64,000 nt of DNA. It comes from a virus. Its lineage: Duplodnaviria; Caudoviricetes. The notes beneath the pieces are model-generated. The model was given only the letters and a program-made list of their open reading frames with translations. It was not told the origin of the DNA and made no database searches. Shown in pieces: positions 17,019 through 28,323 of the stretch. Position 1 is the stretch's first letter; each line of letters starts with the position of its first letter. Position numbers and translations under genes: made by a program. The DNA lies in IMG/VR virus record IMGVR_UViG_3300028534_000024, positions 1 to 64,000 of that record; one strand, given 5' to 3'.

Positions 17019-20000
17019 ATGGCTTTAACAACTAATTATAAGTCAGTTCTAGATTTGGATTTTAATGTTCATGCTGAAAAGTCCGAACAAATATTAGATA
17101 GAATAAATAAAAGTATCTTAGATACTGAAAAGATGCTAGATAGGTATGCTAAATCTATTAATAGTACTTATGAAAAACAACTTCAATTAATAAATAGGAT
17201 TAATGAGGGTACTATTAAAGAAAGGGAAGCAGTTTTAAAAATTAAAGCGGCGGAAGAGAAAAGATTAGCTACTGAAAAAAGTAGAATAAAAGTAAAAGAA
17301 AAAGAAAATATATTACAACAAGAAATAAATAGCAAAGCTCAAATGGAGGATCATTGGCTAAGAACTAGGAAGGAACTAGCTAAGTATAATGCGGAGTTAA
17401 AAAGTACCGATCATAGTATGGGAAGTGTATTCTCTAGAGCATTAGCTACTGTACCAGCTTTTTATGCTGCGTATTCATTATTAGATATGATTAAATCTGG
17501 ATTACAGGCAGTTGTTAATGAAGCAATTCTGTATGATAGTACTATGAGAACATTAAGTGCTGTTACAGGAGAGAGCTTAGATGTTACAGCTAAACTATCA
17601 AAAGAAGTACTAGAGTTAGGAAATGTATATGGTGGGAACTTAAATGATTTAGCTAAAACATCTCAAGAACTTGCTAGAGCAGGTATTGCTACAAACGAAC
17701 TTGCTAATGCTACTAAAGTTGCTACACAATTAGCATTAATTACAGGGGATAGTATACAAACTGCTACAAATGCTATAGTATCCTACTCACAAGTATATGC
17801 TAAAGCTAATGGTAAAATGATATATAGTACACAAGATTTAGGTGATAAGCTAGCGTACATGGCGAATGCTTCTAGACTATCTGTACAAGATATTGGGACG
17901 CTATCTAACTATGCTCTAGCCTCATCTAAATCAATAGGTTTAACTATAGATCAAGTTAATGGTCTTGCTATTGCTTTCGCTAATGCGGGTAATAACGCAT
18001 CTACTATTGGTACACAAATAAGAAGATTTTCTTCTACATTGAGCTCTAACTCATCAGCAGTTAAAGAATTCTATAAAGCTATAGATGTTAATAGAAGTGA
18101 ACTAATAAGTAATCTAGGTAAATCTAAGAATGGTACTGTAGAAGGCATACAAGAATCTAATAAGGCATTTGAAGAATTTGTAATGAAAGTAAAAAGTCTT
18201 TCTGAGAATGAATTTAGAAATGCTATTTATGGTATGAATGTATTAGATACACAATTCTTTACGCAACTACGAAACAATAGTGATGAAGTAGTTATGCATA
18301 TGAAAAATTCATTTAGTGACTTGAACGGGGAATTAGATAAAACAGCCGTCATTGCCGATAGTATTAGTAAAAGATGGGAAAAAATGAAAAATAGGGCCCT
18401 TACTTTTGCTGAAAGTGATTTAAAAGAAGTTACAACAGTAGGTACAGGATTAGTTGAAGAATTACAATTAGGTTTGGGGTCAACATTTGAGTTACTAACT
18501 ACCGATATATCTAAAAATGCTAGAAAGTATACAGCAGATGTTAATACTATAATAGCGTTTACTAATAAATTAAGAGATCTACAAGAAAAAGATAATAAAA
18601 CAGATTCAGATAGAGCATTAATGGATGAGTATGCTGCATATGTTAAAAAGTATGAACTATTAAAGAAGATAAATAAATTAAAAATAGATGATAAACAAGT
18701 AAGTGCTGAATTAAATAATCAAGCTGTTATTAATGAAGTAATATTAGAAAGACAACAAAAAATAGTTGAAGCAGTAAATAAAGGGTTCTCATTAAATAGT
18801 ATAGAAGTAGAAAAAATAAAAAGAAAATATGCTGGAGTTATAACATTATTAAATACTGGATATAAAAAACATCAGGAATCCTTAAAACAAGAACAAGCAA
18901 AAAAAGATATTGTAAATATAATAGCTGATATAAAAAAGAATAAAGAACTTAAAGCTGATGATGATATTATACAGAGTTTAAATAGACAAGCATACCTAAA
19001 AGCTGTATCAGCTGGGCTATCAAAAGAAGAAATACAATCATTAGGTATAGTAGTAGATGAACTGACAAAAGTAGAAGCTAAGCATATAAATATTAAATCA
19101 ATACAAAAAGATCAGCTTAGAGACCTAGAAACATATAGTAAGTTAGTTAGAGATTCATCTGTATCTACTGATGATCCAATGTTTCAAGCTTTCGAAACTC
19201 AAATGTCAGATTTAATTAATATGCAATCTACATCATTGACAAAATATAAAAATGATTTAGTTAGGTTAGTTAATGATGCTAATAAATTGGATCTTAAAAT
19301 AGCAGATCCTAAAGGGGCTATTGATCTATCAAAAGAAGTGGAAGAACTAGTTAAAGCTAATAAATATACAGAGGCTAATAAAAAATCAATAGAAGCAACC
19401 ACTAAACTATACCAAATAAGAACAGATTTATTAACAGAAGAGAAAAGACTTGAAGAAGAAGGTGTAAGTAAAGAGGATGAAAGATATAGTAAACTTTTAG
19501 CTATACAAGAGGCTGTAGAAGGGTGGTTACGAGGACAAGCAGACTTAAATAAAGAATTACTTATCACAGATGAAACATATACTAAAGTAAATAAAAATGC
19601 TAGTAATGTAACAGCTGAAGTAAATAGAACAGCTCAAGCTATTATAAATGCTTCTAATAATACAATAGCTTTTTCTAATCGTATGAATCAATTAGCTGTC
19701 CAGACTCAAATGTTAGCACTTAAATGGGAAGCATTTAAAGGTAACTTAAAATCAACAGATTTAGGACAGATTAAAGTAAACCTAGATATAGATAGTACTA
19801 AAAAAGATATAGATGCTTATAGAAATGAAATAACAAAATTAGGCTCTAGAATGTTATCTGGCGATAGTAGCCCAGAACTCTTAAAACAAATAGATGATTA
19901 TAAATATAAAATAGAACAGAAACAATTAGAATTAGGTAATCTAGAATTAAAAAATGAAGAACTTATCAGAGCAAAGAAAGAACAAACCTTATTAACCGAT

Positions 20001-22163
20001 ACTCAAATTAAGAATGTTCAGCTTCAAATAACAGCTGTGGGTAAAGATAAAATTACACAAGCTAAATTAGCAGTTGAGCAGGCAAAAGAAGAGTACAATA
20101 CTATACTAAAAATAAATAAAGACAAAGGTGCAAATAAAGATACACTAGCCATTAAACAAAAAGAATTAGCACTTAAGCAAGCTGAGGCTAGTCTAGCAGA
20201 TGCCCTAGTTAAATCAAATAGTAAAGCTACATCTACTACAAAATCTAATAATACATATCAAGCAGATTTAACTAAAGAATTAGAAAAACAAAAAGCACTT
20301 ATTAAAGATATAAATAATATAAAAAATGGCGAACAGCAACTATCATTAAAAGAAGCATTAAATCAATGGGAAGCCAGTAAAAATATTGTAAAAGAATATG
20401 AGAAGTTTAAAGACACTAACAGATTAAAGTACGAGAAATCTGTAACGGCAGAACTAAAAGCACAAAAAAAGTATCTTGAGTTGGCTAAAAAAGAAGCAGA
20501 AAAGTATGCTAATAGTTTTGAAAGTATGTTTAATAGTTTCTTTGATGGAAATTTTGCTGACGGTATAAAAAATATATTTAAAAGTATAGGTGATGATATG
20601 ATGAAACCTATGCTAAATGATATGTCAAGCTATATGAGTAAGCTTACATCTGGAATAACTAATAGTTTTAGTGGATGGGCTTCATCATCTTTTGGTAATA
20701 TTGGAGGTAGTATAGTAAGTGGGTTAGGGGGTCTAGCACTAGGGGGTCTAGGTTCGTTGTTTGGTGGTCTGATTGGTGGACTATTTAGTAGCGAAGAAAC
20801 GCCTCCTGAGTTAGAGTCTATGCATCTTACATCTGAAAGTATGGCAAAATCTTTAGACTTTATAAAAGAAGCACAACATCCACTCTTGAGTTATACTAAA
20901 AAACAAACTGAGTACTTAGAAACAATATCCAGAAGCTTTGGACGGATAGGTAATAATCTGTTAAATAGTGGGCTTGATTTGGGTGGTAACTTCTATCAGG
21001 GTAAATCAAAAGGTAACTTTTTTAGGACTAAAACTTACGAGTTATATGGTACAGATGTTAAGTTTGATGATGCTAGTTTTATGCAGTATATGACAGGTGA
21101 TATCCAAGCAGCTTATGATGAAATTATAAAAAAGACTTATGATAGCTGGTTTAAACATAAAGTATCATATAGTACCCATACAACAGACATTAGTGATTTA
21201 CTATCGCAAGACCTTGCACAAGCAACTAAGTCTATGTTCGATAGTCTTAATGCAAGTGGAGATTTGCTAGGGCTTGATACCAGTGGTCTAGTAAATGAAA
21301 CCATATCTCTCGGTAAAATGGACACTACAGGTAAAGATGGGACTGAGATAGCCCAAATGATTGAAGATAGATATGCTGCCGAAATGGATAGAATAGTACA
21401 GGATATGTTCGGTAATGAATTGTACGACTTCCAAAAGGCAGGGGAAGGACTAGCAGAGACACTAAGTAGGGTATCAACAACTTTTGAACAAGTATCTTAT
21501 AGCTTAGATATGATAGGACAAAGTGCTAGTTGGCAAAATACAAACTATCTAGCAGACTATTCTGGAGGACTGACAGAGTTTAATAGCACCTTTGATGCTT
21601 ACATAGATGCATTCTATAGTGATGCTGAAAAGTGGGATATGAAGCAAAAAGAACTTACAGACTCTTTTGCAGCTTTAGGTGTGGCATTACCTGAAACTAA
21701 AGATGATTATAGAAACTTAATAGAAAGCTTTAGTATTACAGATGAAGCTAGTGCGAAAACATATGCTGAACTTCTTAAGCTTGCACCTGCTTTTGATGAG
21801 TTGAATGAGAGTATGGAAGATTTAGGAGTAAGTGTAAGCGAAGCTATGAAGTCTATATATGATGCTTATATGGGAGATTTAAGCTACTTTACTACACAGC
21901 AAAAGCTAGACTTCGCTGAAAAATCATACAGCTTAGGTTTTGATAGCGAAACATCTACACAAAATTATGAAGATTATCTTAGCTTGTTGAAACAGAACTC
22001 CACTAGAGATGAGTATATAGGTGCTTTTAATGAGTATATAGCAATGCAATCGGATGAAGTAGAAGATGCTTCAAATCGTGATTTGCTTAATGAGTTGATA
22101 GCTATAAGGGATGAGTTAGATGACCTTAAGACAGCTACACAAGATAGTATAAGGATGAGCTGA
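17019..22163 (+). CDS. Tail tape measure protein (1714 aa)
   Basis: Very long helical Ala/Lys-rich ORF with a TP901-like core (LARAG, GTQIRR) and glycine-rich segment. Confidence 0.92.
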   Translation: MALTTNYKSVLDLDFNVHAEKSEQILDRINKSILDTEKMLDRYAKSINSTYEKQLQLINRINEGTIKEREAVLKIKAAEEKRLATEKSRIKVKEKENILQQEINSKAQMEDHWLRTRKELAKYNAELKSTDHSMGSVFSRALATVPAFYAAYSLLDMIKSGLQAVVNEAILYDSTMRTLSAVTGESLDVTAKLSKEVLELGNVYGGNLNDLAKTSQELARAGIATNELANATKVATQLALITGDSIQTATNAIVSYSQVYAKANGKMIYSTQDLGDKLAYMANASRLSVQDIGTLSNYALASSKSIGLTIDQVNGLAIAFANAGNNASTIGTQIRRFSSTLSSNSSAVKEFYKAIDVNRSELISNLGKSKNGTVEGIQESNKAFEEFVMKVKSLSENEFRNAIYGMNVLDTQFFTQLRNNSDEVVMHMKNSFSDLNGELDKTAVIADSISKRWEKMKNRALTFAESDLKEVTTVGTGLVEELQLGLGSTFELLTTDISKNARKYTADVNTIIAFTNKLRDLQEKDNKTDSDRALMDEYAAYVKKYELLKKINKLKIDDKQVSAELNNQAVINEVILERQQKIVEAVNKGFSLNSIEVEKIKRKYAGVITLLNTGYKKHQESLKQEQAKKDIVNIIADIKKNKELKADDDIIQSLNRQAYLKAVSAGLSKEEIQSLGIVVDELTKVEAKHINIKSIQKDQLRDLETYSKLVRDSSVSTDDPMFQAFETQMSDLINMQSTSLTKYKNDLVRLVNDANKLDLKIADPKGAIDLSKEVEELVKANKYTEANKKSIEATTKLYQIRTDLLTEEKRLEEEGVSKEDERYSKLLAIQEAVEGWLRGQADLNKELLITDETYTKVNKNASNVTAEVNRTAQAIINASNNTIAFSNRMNQLAVQTQMLALKWEAFKGNLKSTDLGQIKVNLDIDSTKKDIDAYRNEITKLGSRMLSGDSSPELLKQIDDYKYKIEQKQLELGNLELKNEELIRAKKEQTLLTDTQIKNVQLQITAVGKDKITQAKLAVEQAKEEYNTILKINKDKGANKDTLAIKQKELALKQAEASLADALVKSNSKATSTTKSNNTYQADLTKELEKQKALIKDINNIKNGEQQLSLKEALNQWEASKNIVKEYEKFKDTNRLKYEKSVTAELKAQKKYLELAKKEAEKYANSFESMFNSFFDGNFADGIKNIFKSIGDDMMKPMLNDMSSYMSKLTSGITNSFSGWASSSFGNIGGSIVSGLGGLALGGLGSLFGGLIGGLFSSEETPPELESMHLTSESMAKSLDFIKEAQHPLLSYTKKQTEYLETISRSFGRIGNNLLNSGLDLGGNFYQGKSKGNFFRTKTYELYGTDVKFDDASFMQYMTGDIQAAYDEIIKKTYDSWFKHKVSYSTHTTDISDLLSQDLAQATKSMFDSLNASGDLLGLDTSGLVNETISLGKMDTTGKDGTEIAQMIEDRYAAEMDRIVQDMFGNELYDFQKAGEGLAETLSRVSTTFEQVSYSLDMIGQSASWQNTNYLADYSGGLTEFNSTFDAYIDAFYSDAEKWDMKQKELTDSFAALGVALPETKDDYRNLIESFSITDEASAKTYAELLKLAPAFDELNESMEDLGVSVSEAMKSIYDAYMGDLSYFTTQQKLDFAEKSYSLGFDSETSTQNYEDYLSLLKQNSTRDEYIGAFNEYIAMQSDEVEDASNRDLLNELIAIRDELDDLKTATQDSIRMS

Positions 22164-23569
22164 TGGCATTTGTTGGTATTTTAAATAATACAGAATTTTA
22201 TAGTGAACAAGGGTTCACAGACCTATCTCCTGAAATTGATTTTAGTCAAGATTATGATGATGGCACTATACTTAAAAGAGGTGAAAATCTCTTTAAAGTA
22301 AATAATAACTTATCATTTGTAAATAGTGAATTGAGTGTTACAGTAGATAGTGCAGAACAATACGAATATGCAAAAGATAACTTATATCAAATAGAGAACG
22401 ATACATACTTAGCTATGTATCAGTATCCTGAATATCACGATAACCCAGTACAACAATGTGATGAAAGTTTATATCATGGTAAATTTTGTGATTTGTACGG
22501 TGATTTAACAAAATATGAAGTTGATGGAGAACATCATATCTTTACATTTAAGATAGACTGTTGTGATGACAATGGATATTGGCAATATACAGTAGTATCA
22601 CAAAAGGTAAATGCATATACATTTAATGTTGTACTATTACAAAGACAAAAATACAACTGTGACGATAGCGAAGATGGATACCTTTGGACACTAGCAAATA
22701 GCGGTAAAATCTATATATTAGATACAAACAATCCTACACTAGACTATAGTAAAGTAGATGCAGATGATTGGATTATAAACTATAGAGTAAGTAGTGTAGC
22801 TAGACTTTATAGAATAACAAGAAATTTATTAGGAACAGAGTCTTACCCATTTAAAAAACTTCCTGCTTTTATCTATACTGGGAAAAGAAATGAGTTAAAA
22901 CCTTTCGATGGGTACTACTCTGTAGCAAAAAGTACAGATGAGAGTATAAATAAAATATATGAAGTAAAAGCATTGAGTGATGCTAACTCTTTAATATTAG
23001 GTGGGATTATCGCTAAAAGTGTAAATATAAAACTACTTAGAGATGGTATGGTAGTACAGGAAAGTAGTTTTTATCCAGATACTTTAATGGATGGATATGG
23101 ATTACTTGGTAGTTCAAATGTTACAACTATCACAAAGCTAGATATAAAGCAAGATGATTTGATATATATAGAGTTTGGGGATGGTGATGTAGAAGTAGGA
23201 AGCATAGAAACTTCTACTGTAGTAGATGATGGACTTACTAAATATAGTTTTAGTTTTAACTTTGTTAATTACAACAATAAAACAGAAGAGTTTGGGGAAG
23301 TTGAGTTAGGTACTAAACCACTAGTTGGTAGGGTAAGCATAACTAATGTAGTTGATTTTAGTTCTGGTCGACAAGTATATAATAGATATAAAAAACTACA
23401 ACTACACAACATAATATATGATCCGTTTGATAGTTATATAAATCCTACAATGTCTAGCTGGGTACTTAGAGGATTTATAGAAGATGTAAAAGTGAACACT
23501 AAACAAGTAAATGAAGATAGCTATCCTGAGTTATTCAGCGTAGCAGTTAATATAAGAGAGATATTATGA
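22163..23569 (+). CDS. Tail tip / distal tail protein
   Basis: Directly after the tape measure gene, translationally coupled. Confidence 0.55.
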   Translation: MAFVGILNNTEFYSEQGFTDLSPEIDFSQDYDDGTILKRGENLFKVNNNLSFVNSELSVTVDSAEQYEYAKDNLYQIENDTYLAMYQYPEYHDNPVQQCDESLYHGKFCDLYGDLTKYEVDGEHHIFTFKIDCCDDNGYWQYTVVSQKVNAYTFNVVLLQRQKYNCDDSEDGYLWTLANSGKIYILDTNNPTLDYSKVDADDWIINYRVSSVARLYRITRNLLGTESYPFKKLPAFIYTGKRNELKPFDGYYSVAKSTDESINKIYEVKALSDANSLILGGIIAKSVNIKLLRDGMVVQESSFYPDTLMDGYGLLGSSNVTTITKLDIKQDDLIYIEFGDGDVEVGSIETSTVVDDGLTKYSFSFNFVNYNNKTEEFGEVELGTKPLVGRVSITNVVDFSSGRQVYNRYKKLQLHNIIYDPFDSYINPTMSSWVLRGFIEDVKVNTKQVNEDSYPELFSVAVNIREIL

Positions 23570-24555
23570 TTTGTTATGATAGTTTACCAAAAATAAATAA
23601 TGTTTTTAGGAATACCATTTGCCCTATTAAGCTAAATATGTGTGTTAAGCTAGATGACTATAGCGTTACTACAGATGCTATAGTAGGCTATGGTAGGTAT
23701 ATGACGCCTGATAGGTACAAAGTAACACTAACATTACTAGCTAGAAACGAGACTGATATATCTCGTATCCCACAAATAATAAAAGATGGTATGTTCTATA
23801 TAGATTTACCAATTACAGATGAGATTATAACTTATAGATGTGTGATAGATGGCGATGTAAAAGAAAAGTATCTAAATGAGCTTAATAGAGATTATACATT
23901 AAGTGCTACAGTACAAGATGCTAGAGATACATTTGGTTATCGCTTTCCACAAGATAACACTTATGTCAATAAATTTGGTACTACTTGTAGGTTTATAAAA
24001 TGGAGAGAGCCTAGAGACCACGATACTATGAATGTGTTTAGTCCATATCCGTTTGCAGGTCTAACACAAAAAATCTTCCAAATAATAGATGGACATCTTA
24101 TTATTGGTGGAGTTGATTACGGTCCTGTAACTCCCACAGATAAATTATGTTGTGTTAGTGGCAATAATGCTAGTCATGTAGATAATGCAGAGTTGTATCA
24201 CGGAGTTCCAGAAGAAGGTTCAGTGGTATGTGTATTTGCTAGAGATTTAGATGAAAGCTACTATCCACCCGTGCAACACGATGATTGTGAAGCCGATAAC
24301 AATATAGCAGTAATGCAGATACTTACTTGGAAGAGTATAGGGGATGGTAAAGTAGTTATGTATAACTATATAAATGGCTACTTATATGATGTACAAGAAG
24401 ACTATGCAGATGTTTTTAACATCTATATAAGGGATGAAGATATGTGTTACATTTCTATAGTAGATGGCTATCTAAAAGATTGGCAAGTATCACTTTATAA
24501 CTACAATTTAAGATGTGGTGATTGTGATGATGTATATAGAAGAAATAACCTATAA
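23566..24555 (+). CDS. Tail tip / baseplate protein, Cys-rich
   Basis: Position and overlap. Confidence 0.5.
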   Translation: MICYDSLPKINNVFRNTICPIKLNMCVKLDDYSVTTDAIVGYGRYMTPDRYKVTLTLLARNETDISRIPQIIKDGMFYIDLPITDEIITYRCVIDGDVKEKYLNELNRDYTLSATVQDARDTFGYRFPQDNTYVNKFGTTCRFIKWREPRDHDTMNVFSPYPFAGLTQKIFQIIDGHLIIGGVDYGPVTPTDKLCCVSGNNASHVDNAELYHGVPEEGSVVCVFARDLDESYYPPVQHDDCEADNNIAVMQILTWKSIGDGKVVMYNYINGYLYDVQEDYADVFNIYIRDEDMCYISIVDGYLKDWQVSLYNYNLRCGDCDDVYRRNNL

Positions 24556-24564
24556 GGAGGATAC

Positions 24565-25227
24565 ATGATAGAACGATATGATGGCAAAATGAAAGCATTT
24601 GCAAGTGAGTATACTTGTAACTATAAAACGATTTTCAATATGGGTGTAGATAGTAGTACACTAGAAAGCAATATGACAGATGATTGGTTTAGAGGTTTTG
24701 AGAGTGTAGATAAACCTACTATACAAGATTGGAATGCATTTGGATACACGATAACTACCCAGATAAATTATCTGTATCAACAAGGTATATCAGAATGGAA
24801 TAGTGAACAGGACTACTATATAGATAGTCTTTGTGTTTACAATGGTACAATTTATTTATCTACAACAGGAAGCCTGTCAAGTCCAAATGTAGGCAATACT
24901 CCAGATGGTGATGACATATGGTTAGCTTTATCCAGTAGTACAAGAGAGCCTATAAAAAATCTAATAAAAGATGATAGTTGTCATATTGGTGCTGGTACAT
25001 TTGTTTGGGCAGATACAAGCAATGGCTCTTGGACACTACAACTAGATGATGCTAACAATTTTGAAGTGGTTAAGATTGTCGATTTTACAGGTTCTTTTGA
25101 TACAAATAATTTGATTGTTGATGGTGGTGTAAACACCATAATGGGAAGTGATGATAGTTTTGTTATAGATGTAGAAAATGCAAGTGTAGAGTTGAGACTA
25201 ATAAATGGTGATTGGAGAGTTGTATGA
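24565..25227 (+). CDS. Tail fibre-associated protein
   Basis: EWNSEQDY..DSLCVYNGTIY carbohydrate-binding-like motif and DTSNGSWTLQL fibre-type segment. Confidence 0.55.
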   Translation: MIERYDGKMKAFASEYTCNYKTIFNMGVDSSTLESNMTDDWFRGFESVDKPTIQDWNAFGYTITTQINYLYQQGISEWNSEQDYYIDSLCVYNGTIYLSTTGSLSSPNVGNTPDGDDIWLALSSSTREPIKNLIKDDSCHIGAGTFVWADTSNGSWTLQLDDANNFEVVKIVDFTGSFDTNNLIVDGGVNTIMGSDDSFVIDVENASVELRLINGDWRVV

Positions 25228-25751
25228 ACTATAGTTATATGATAAAAAGACAGATCGATGTAGCTAATGTAGATGCTGATACATTAGATGGTAAAAATTC
25301 TACAGATTTTGCAAATAAAAATGGTGATACTACACAAAGTTTTTATATAGCAGATGGTGGAGAAGATGCACAAGCAGTATCTTTATCACAACTTAATAAT
25401 GTAGAGGAAAAGATAACATTAAAAGTAGTAGATGATGTCATAAAAAACATAGATGATACATCTATAAAAACTACCATAAATGAACTGATACTGTTTGATG
25501 GTGCTGATGGTGGTACTGTTATAACTAGTTTAGGACTTACATTTACTAGAGAGGATGTTGGAAAATATACTATAACATTTGATACAGAAAAACCTGATAC
25601 AAATTATATAGTAAATGCAACTGATACACTAGTAGCAAAAGTAAAATTAGATATAGCAAATAAAACAACAGCATCTTTTAAAATAGAAACATTTGATAAC
25701 GATAATGCGAATGTAGATATAGATGTATGTAGCTTAGTTGTGATAGGGTAA
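25212..25751 (+). CDS. Tail fibre protein
   Basis: DADTLDG motif and GKYTITFDT..PDTNYIV domain. Confidence 0.6.
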   Translation: MESCMNYSYMIKRQIDVANVDADTLDGKNSTDFANKNGDTTQSFYIADGGEDAQAVSLSQLNNVEEKITLKVVDDVIKNIDDTSIKTTINELILFDGADGGTVITSLGLTFTREDVGKYTITFDTEKPDTNYIVNATDTLVAKVKLDIANKTTASFKIETFDNDNANVDIDVCSLVVIG

Positions 25752-25755
25752 TAAA

Positions 25756-26763
25756 ATGCTAGAAATAAGCAAGAGTAATTTTAGCGTTAAGTATGTTATA
25801 GACGCTGGGGCTATTATATATGATATGATGGTAAGAAGTCCAGAAAATGGACGCATAATAATAGTAGATGAAGATGGTACTAGAGATGTGTTTTTTGATG
25901 GTGAGTATGTTTTTGAAACGAAAGGAGAAGTTAGACTTTATGGTGAAAATATAGACTATTTTAAAACTAGAAATAGTGGCGATATTACATCTCCATACGA
26001 CCTGTCTATACGAGAAGTATATATGTATAAGGCTGTAGATATTGTTAATATGAAATTAACATTCGTAAATCTAGCAGAACTAACAAAGTTGTATATAGAT
26101 CCAGACTCTTTACAGAAATGTACACAGATGACTAGAATGTGTAAGGGATGTCGGAAACTAAAAGAAACACCATACTTACCTAAAACATATGCACTAACAG
26201 ATATACAAGAAATATATCGTAGTGCTATGTACTATCAAAACACAAATGATGATGATTTTTATATGCTTCCTGTGTATAAATTTAATTATATGTACACAGA
26301 AAATGTAACAAATTTTGTAGGAGCTTTTGATTCTACTAAACTCAAAAGTATCCCAGCTATAAGTTATAAAAATGCTATTGACTTGAATAGTGCATTTGCT
26401 TATATGTATTGGCTTAAAACAGTTAATCTACATCTACCTAAAGCTACAAGCATGAAGCTATTGGTTAATAATTGTAGGGAACTATTAAATATAAAAGTTG
26501 TAGGCGAAAACATAACAAATGCTTATTCACCTTTTTATAGCTGCGATAACTTATCTAAAATAACTCTTATGTTAGACACACCTTTATTAAATGCAGTAGC
26601 TATGTTTCAATATTTAAATGATTTTTGTGTAGAGGGTGATTTTGCAACAGATGAAAATTGTGATACATCATCTATGTTTTATAGGGTATCTGGGACGAAC
26701 CTAACACAAGATGAAATGGATAGTCTTAAAGCTGGTGGATATAGACTTATAAAAAGTTGTTAA
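25756..26763 (+). CDS. BspA-like leucine-rich-repeat protein, putative receptor-binding or accessory tail protein
   Basis: Repeated ~22-aa units of the type xTx(M/F)xxxFxxCxxL. Confidence 0.55.
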   Translation: MLEISKSNFSVKYVIDAGAIIYDMMVRSPENGRIIIVDEDGTRDVFFDGEYVFETKGEVRLYGENIDYFKTRNSGDITSPYDLSIREVYMYKAVDIVNMKLTFVNLAELTKLYIDPDSLQKCTQMTRMCKGCRKLKETPYLPKTYALTDIQEIYRSAMYYQNTNDDDFYMLPVYKFNYMYTENVTNFVGAFDSTKLKSIPAISYKNAIDLNSAFAYMYWLKTVNLHLPKATSMKLLVNNCRELLNIKVVGENITNAYSPFYSCDNLSKITLMLDTPLLNAVAMFQYLNDFCVEGDFATDENCDTSSMFYRVSGTNLTQDEMDSLKAGGYRLIKSC

Positions 26764-26782
26764 TAAATAAAAGGAGAAAAAG

Positions 26783-28000
26783 ATGATAAATGAATTTATA
26801 GACGAACTAAGAAATGGTAGTTTGGTAGTTGTAAACCCAGCTACTGTTGGTAGTAGATGTGAAATAGCTAGTGCTATGACCCCTATGTGTTTGGACGAAC
26901 TAAAAGAAAGTGTTATTGAGTATAAAGAGCTAGAGCCTATTGATGGGACATATATAGTCGATAATGGGTACAAGCTTGGTAGGTACACAGACCCTAGTAT
27001 TTGTACTCGACCTTATATGTTAGATAAAGATGGCGAGTATATTGTTAGCGTAGACCACGATAAACACTCTATATTTTACTTCGATAAAAACTTTAACATA
27101 CATTCTAAGTACTATACAGGTGAGAACAGTGACAATAGATATCCTAGAAGCGTAGCCATAACAGATACAAAATTGTATATAGGAACAGACTACAATAGAC
27201 TACTTTGTATAGATAAAGCGACAAGAGAAGTTGATTGGGAGTTTGGAGTTTATGGAAGTAGAGGGAAGTGTGTAGATGGTAAAATTGGTGAATGTATGCA
27301 AGTGCAAGTACTCTCAAATGGTAACATCTTAGTAGGAACATATGATGGTGCTGGGGATGCTGGGTTGTATTACGGAACTTTAGAAGAATTTGATGCAGAC
27401 GGCAACTGGATAAAAACACATCTGGAGTATGAAGGTACAGGGTTAGGTGTAGATATGCAAACAAAATATATACAATCTATAAGAGTGTATGATGATGTTG
27501 TATATGTAGGTAAGTTGGATGAAATAGATATATTTAAGTATGAAAATGGAGAACTAACATATATACAAACTATACGAAAACCAAGCAACTCAGGGGTAGA
27601 TGAGCTAAATTTACGAGATTTTGTTATAGATGGAGATATACTATATCTAACAGCACCCAATCTCAAAAAAGTTATAGGGTTTAATCTAATAGACCAATCG
27701 GTAGATTTTAGTGTAGGTAAGTATAGTTACGAAAGTGTTGGTGGTATCCCACATGCTGGGAACGGTTTTAACTATCCGATGGGTATTGTAGTTGTCGATG
27801 GACATATTTATGTAGCAGATAGTAGCAATTATAATATAGTAGAAGTTTTCAAAGATGACTATATATATCCAAAATTTGAAGTACCTGTAAACATAGAATT
27901 GCTATACAGTTCAAATAAAATTGAGGATGACAGTACGGTAGCGACTCCAGTAGGTGAAGAACCTGCTAATTTACATATAGTGTATAAAGAACAAGTATGA
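26783..28000 (+). CDS. Beta-propeller (NHL/PQQ-like) protein
   Basis: YPRSVAI, FNYPMGIVV..GHIYVADSSN, WEFG repeats. Confidence 0.65.
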   Translation: MINEFIDELRNGSLVVVNPATVGSRCEIASAMTPMCLDELKESVIEYKELEPIDGTYIVDNGYKLGRYTDPSICTRPYMLDKDGEYIVSVDHDKHSIFYFDKNFNIHSKYYTGENSDNRYPRSVAITDTKLYIGTDYNRLLCIDKATREVDWEFGVYGSRGKCVDGKIGECMQVQVLSNGNILVGTYDGAGDAGLYYGTLEEFDADGNWIKTHLEYEGTGLGVDMQTKYIQSIRVYDDVVYVGKLDEIDIFKYENGELTYIQTIRKPSNSGVDELNLRDFVIDGDILYLTAPNLKKVIGFNLIDQSVDFSVGKYSYESVGGIPHAGNGFNYPMGIVVVDGHIYVADSSNYNIVEVFKDDYIYPKFEVPVNIELLYSSNKIEDDSTVATPVGEEPANLHIVYKEQV

Positions 28001-28323
28001 GAGAGCTTGTTCTTTTTGTAGTAGCATATTTATTGGTAATGCTACTTACCCCTTTTGTGTTTATATATAAAGTTATAAAAGAAACTAATAAGAAAAATTA
28101 TATAGAAACTTGTGCAATAGGATTTGACCAAGCTGGTGGTAGCGTAATGTATAGTAAAGAAAATTTTACAATATCATCATACACATATTATTTATGTAGG
28201 TATTGTAATAAAAAATGCTGGTTTATGAAGTTTATAGACTTTATTTTTGGAGATAAGCATTGTAAAAATAGTTACTTTTGGGAAGTAACTAAAGATAAGA
28301 AGGACTTAGAAGAGATATGTTAA
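27997..28323 (+). CDS. Membrane-anchored phage protein (lysis region)
   Basis: N-terminal hydrophobic helix, FDQAGG...TISS motif. Confidence 0.6.
   Translation: MRELVLFVVAYLLVMLLTPFVFIYKVIKETNKKNYIETCAIGFDQAGGSVMYSKENFTISSYTYYLCRYCNKKCWFMKFIDFIFGDKHCKNSYFWEVTKDKKDLEEIC

Noticed and set aside
24565-28000. Diversity-generating retroelement targeting tail fibres
   Set aside because: No reverse transcriptase and no TR/VR repeat pair seen
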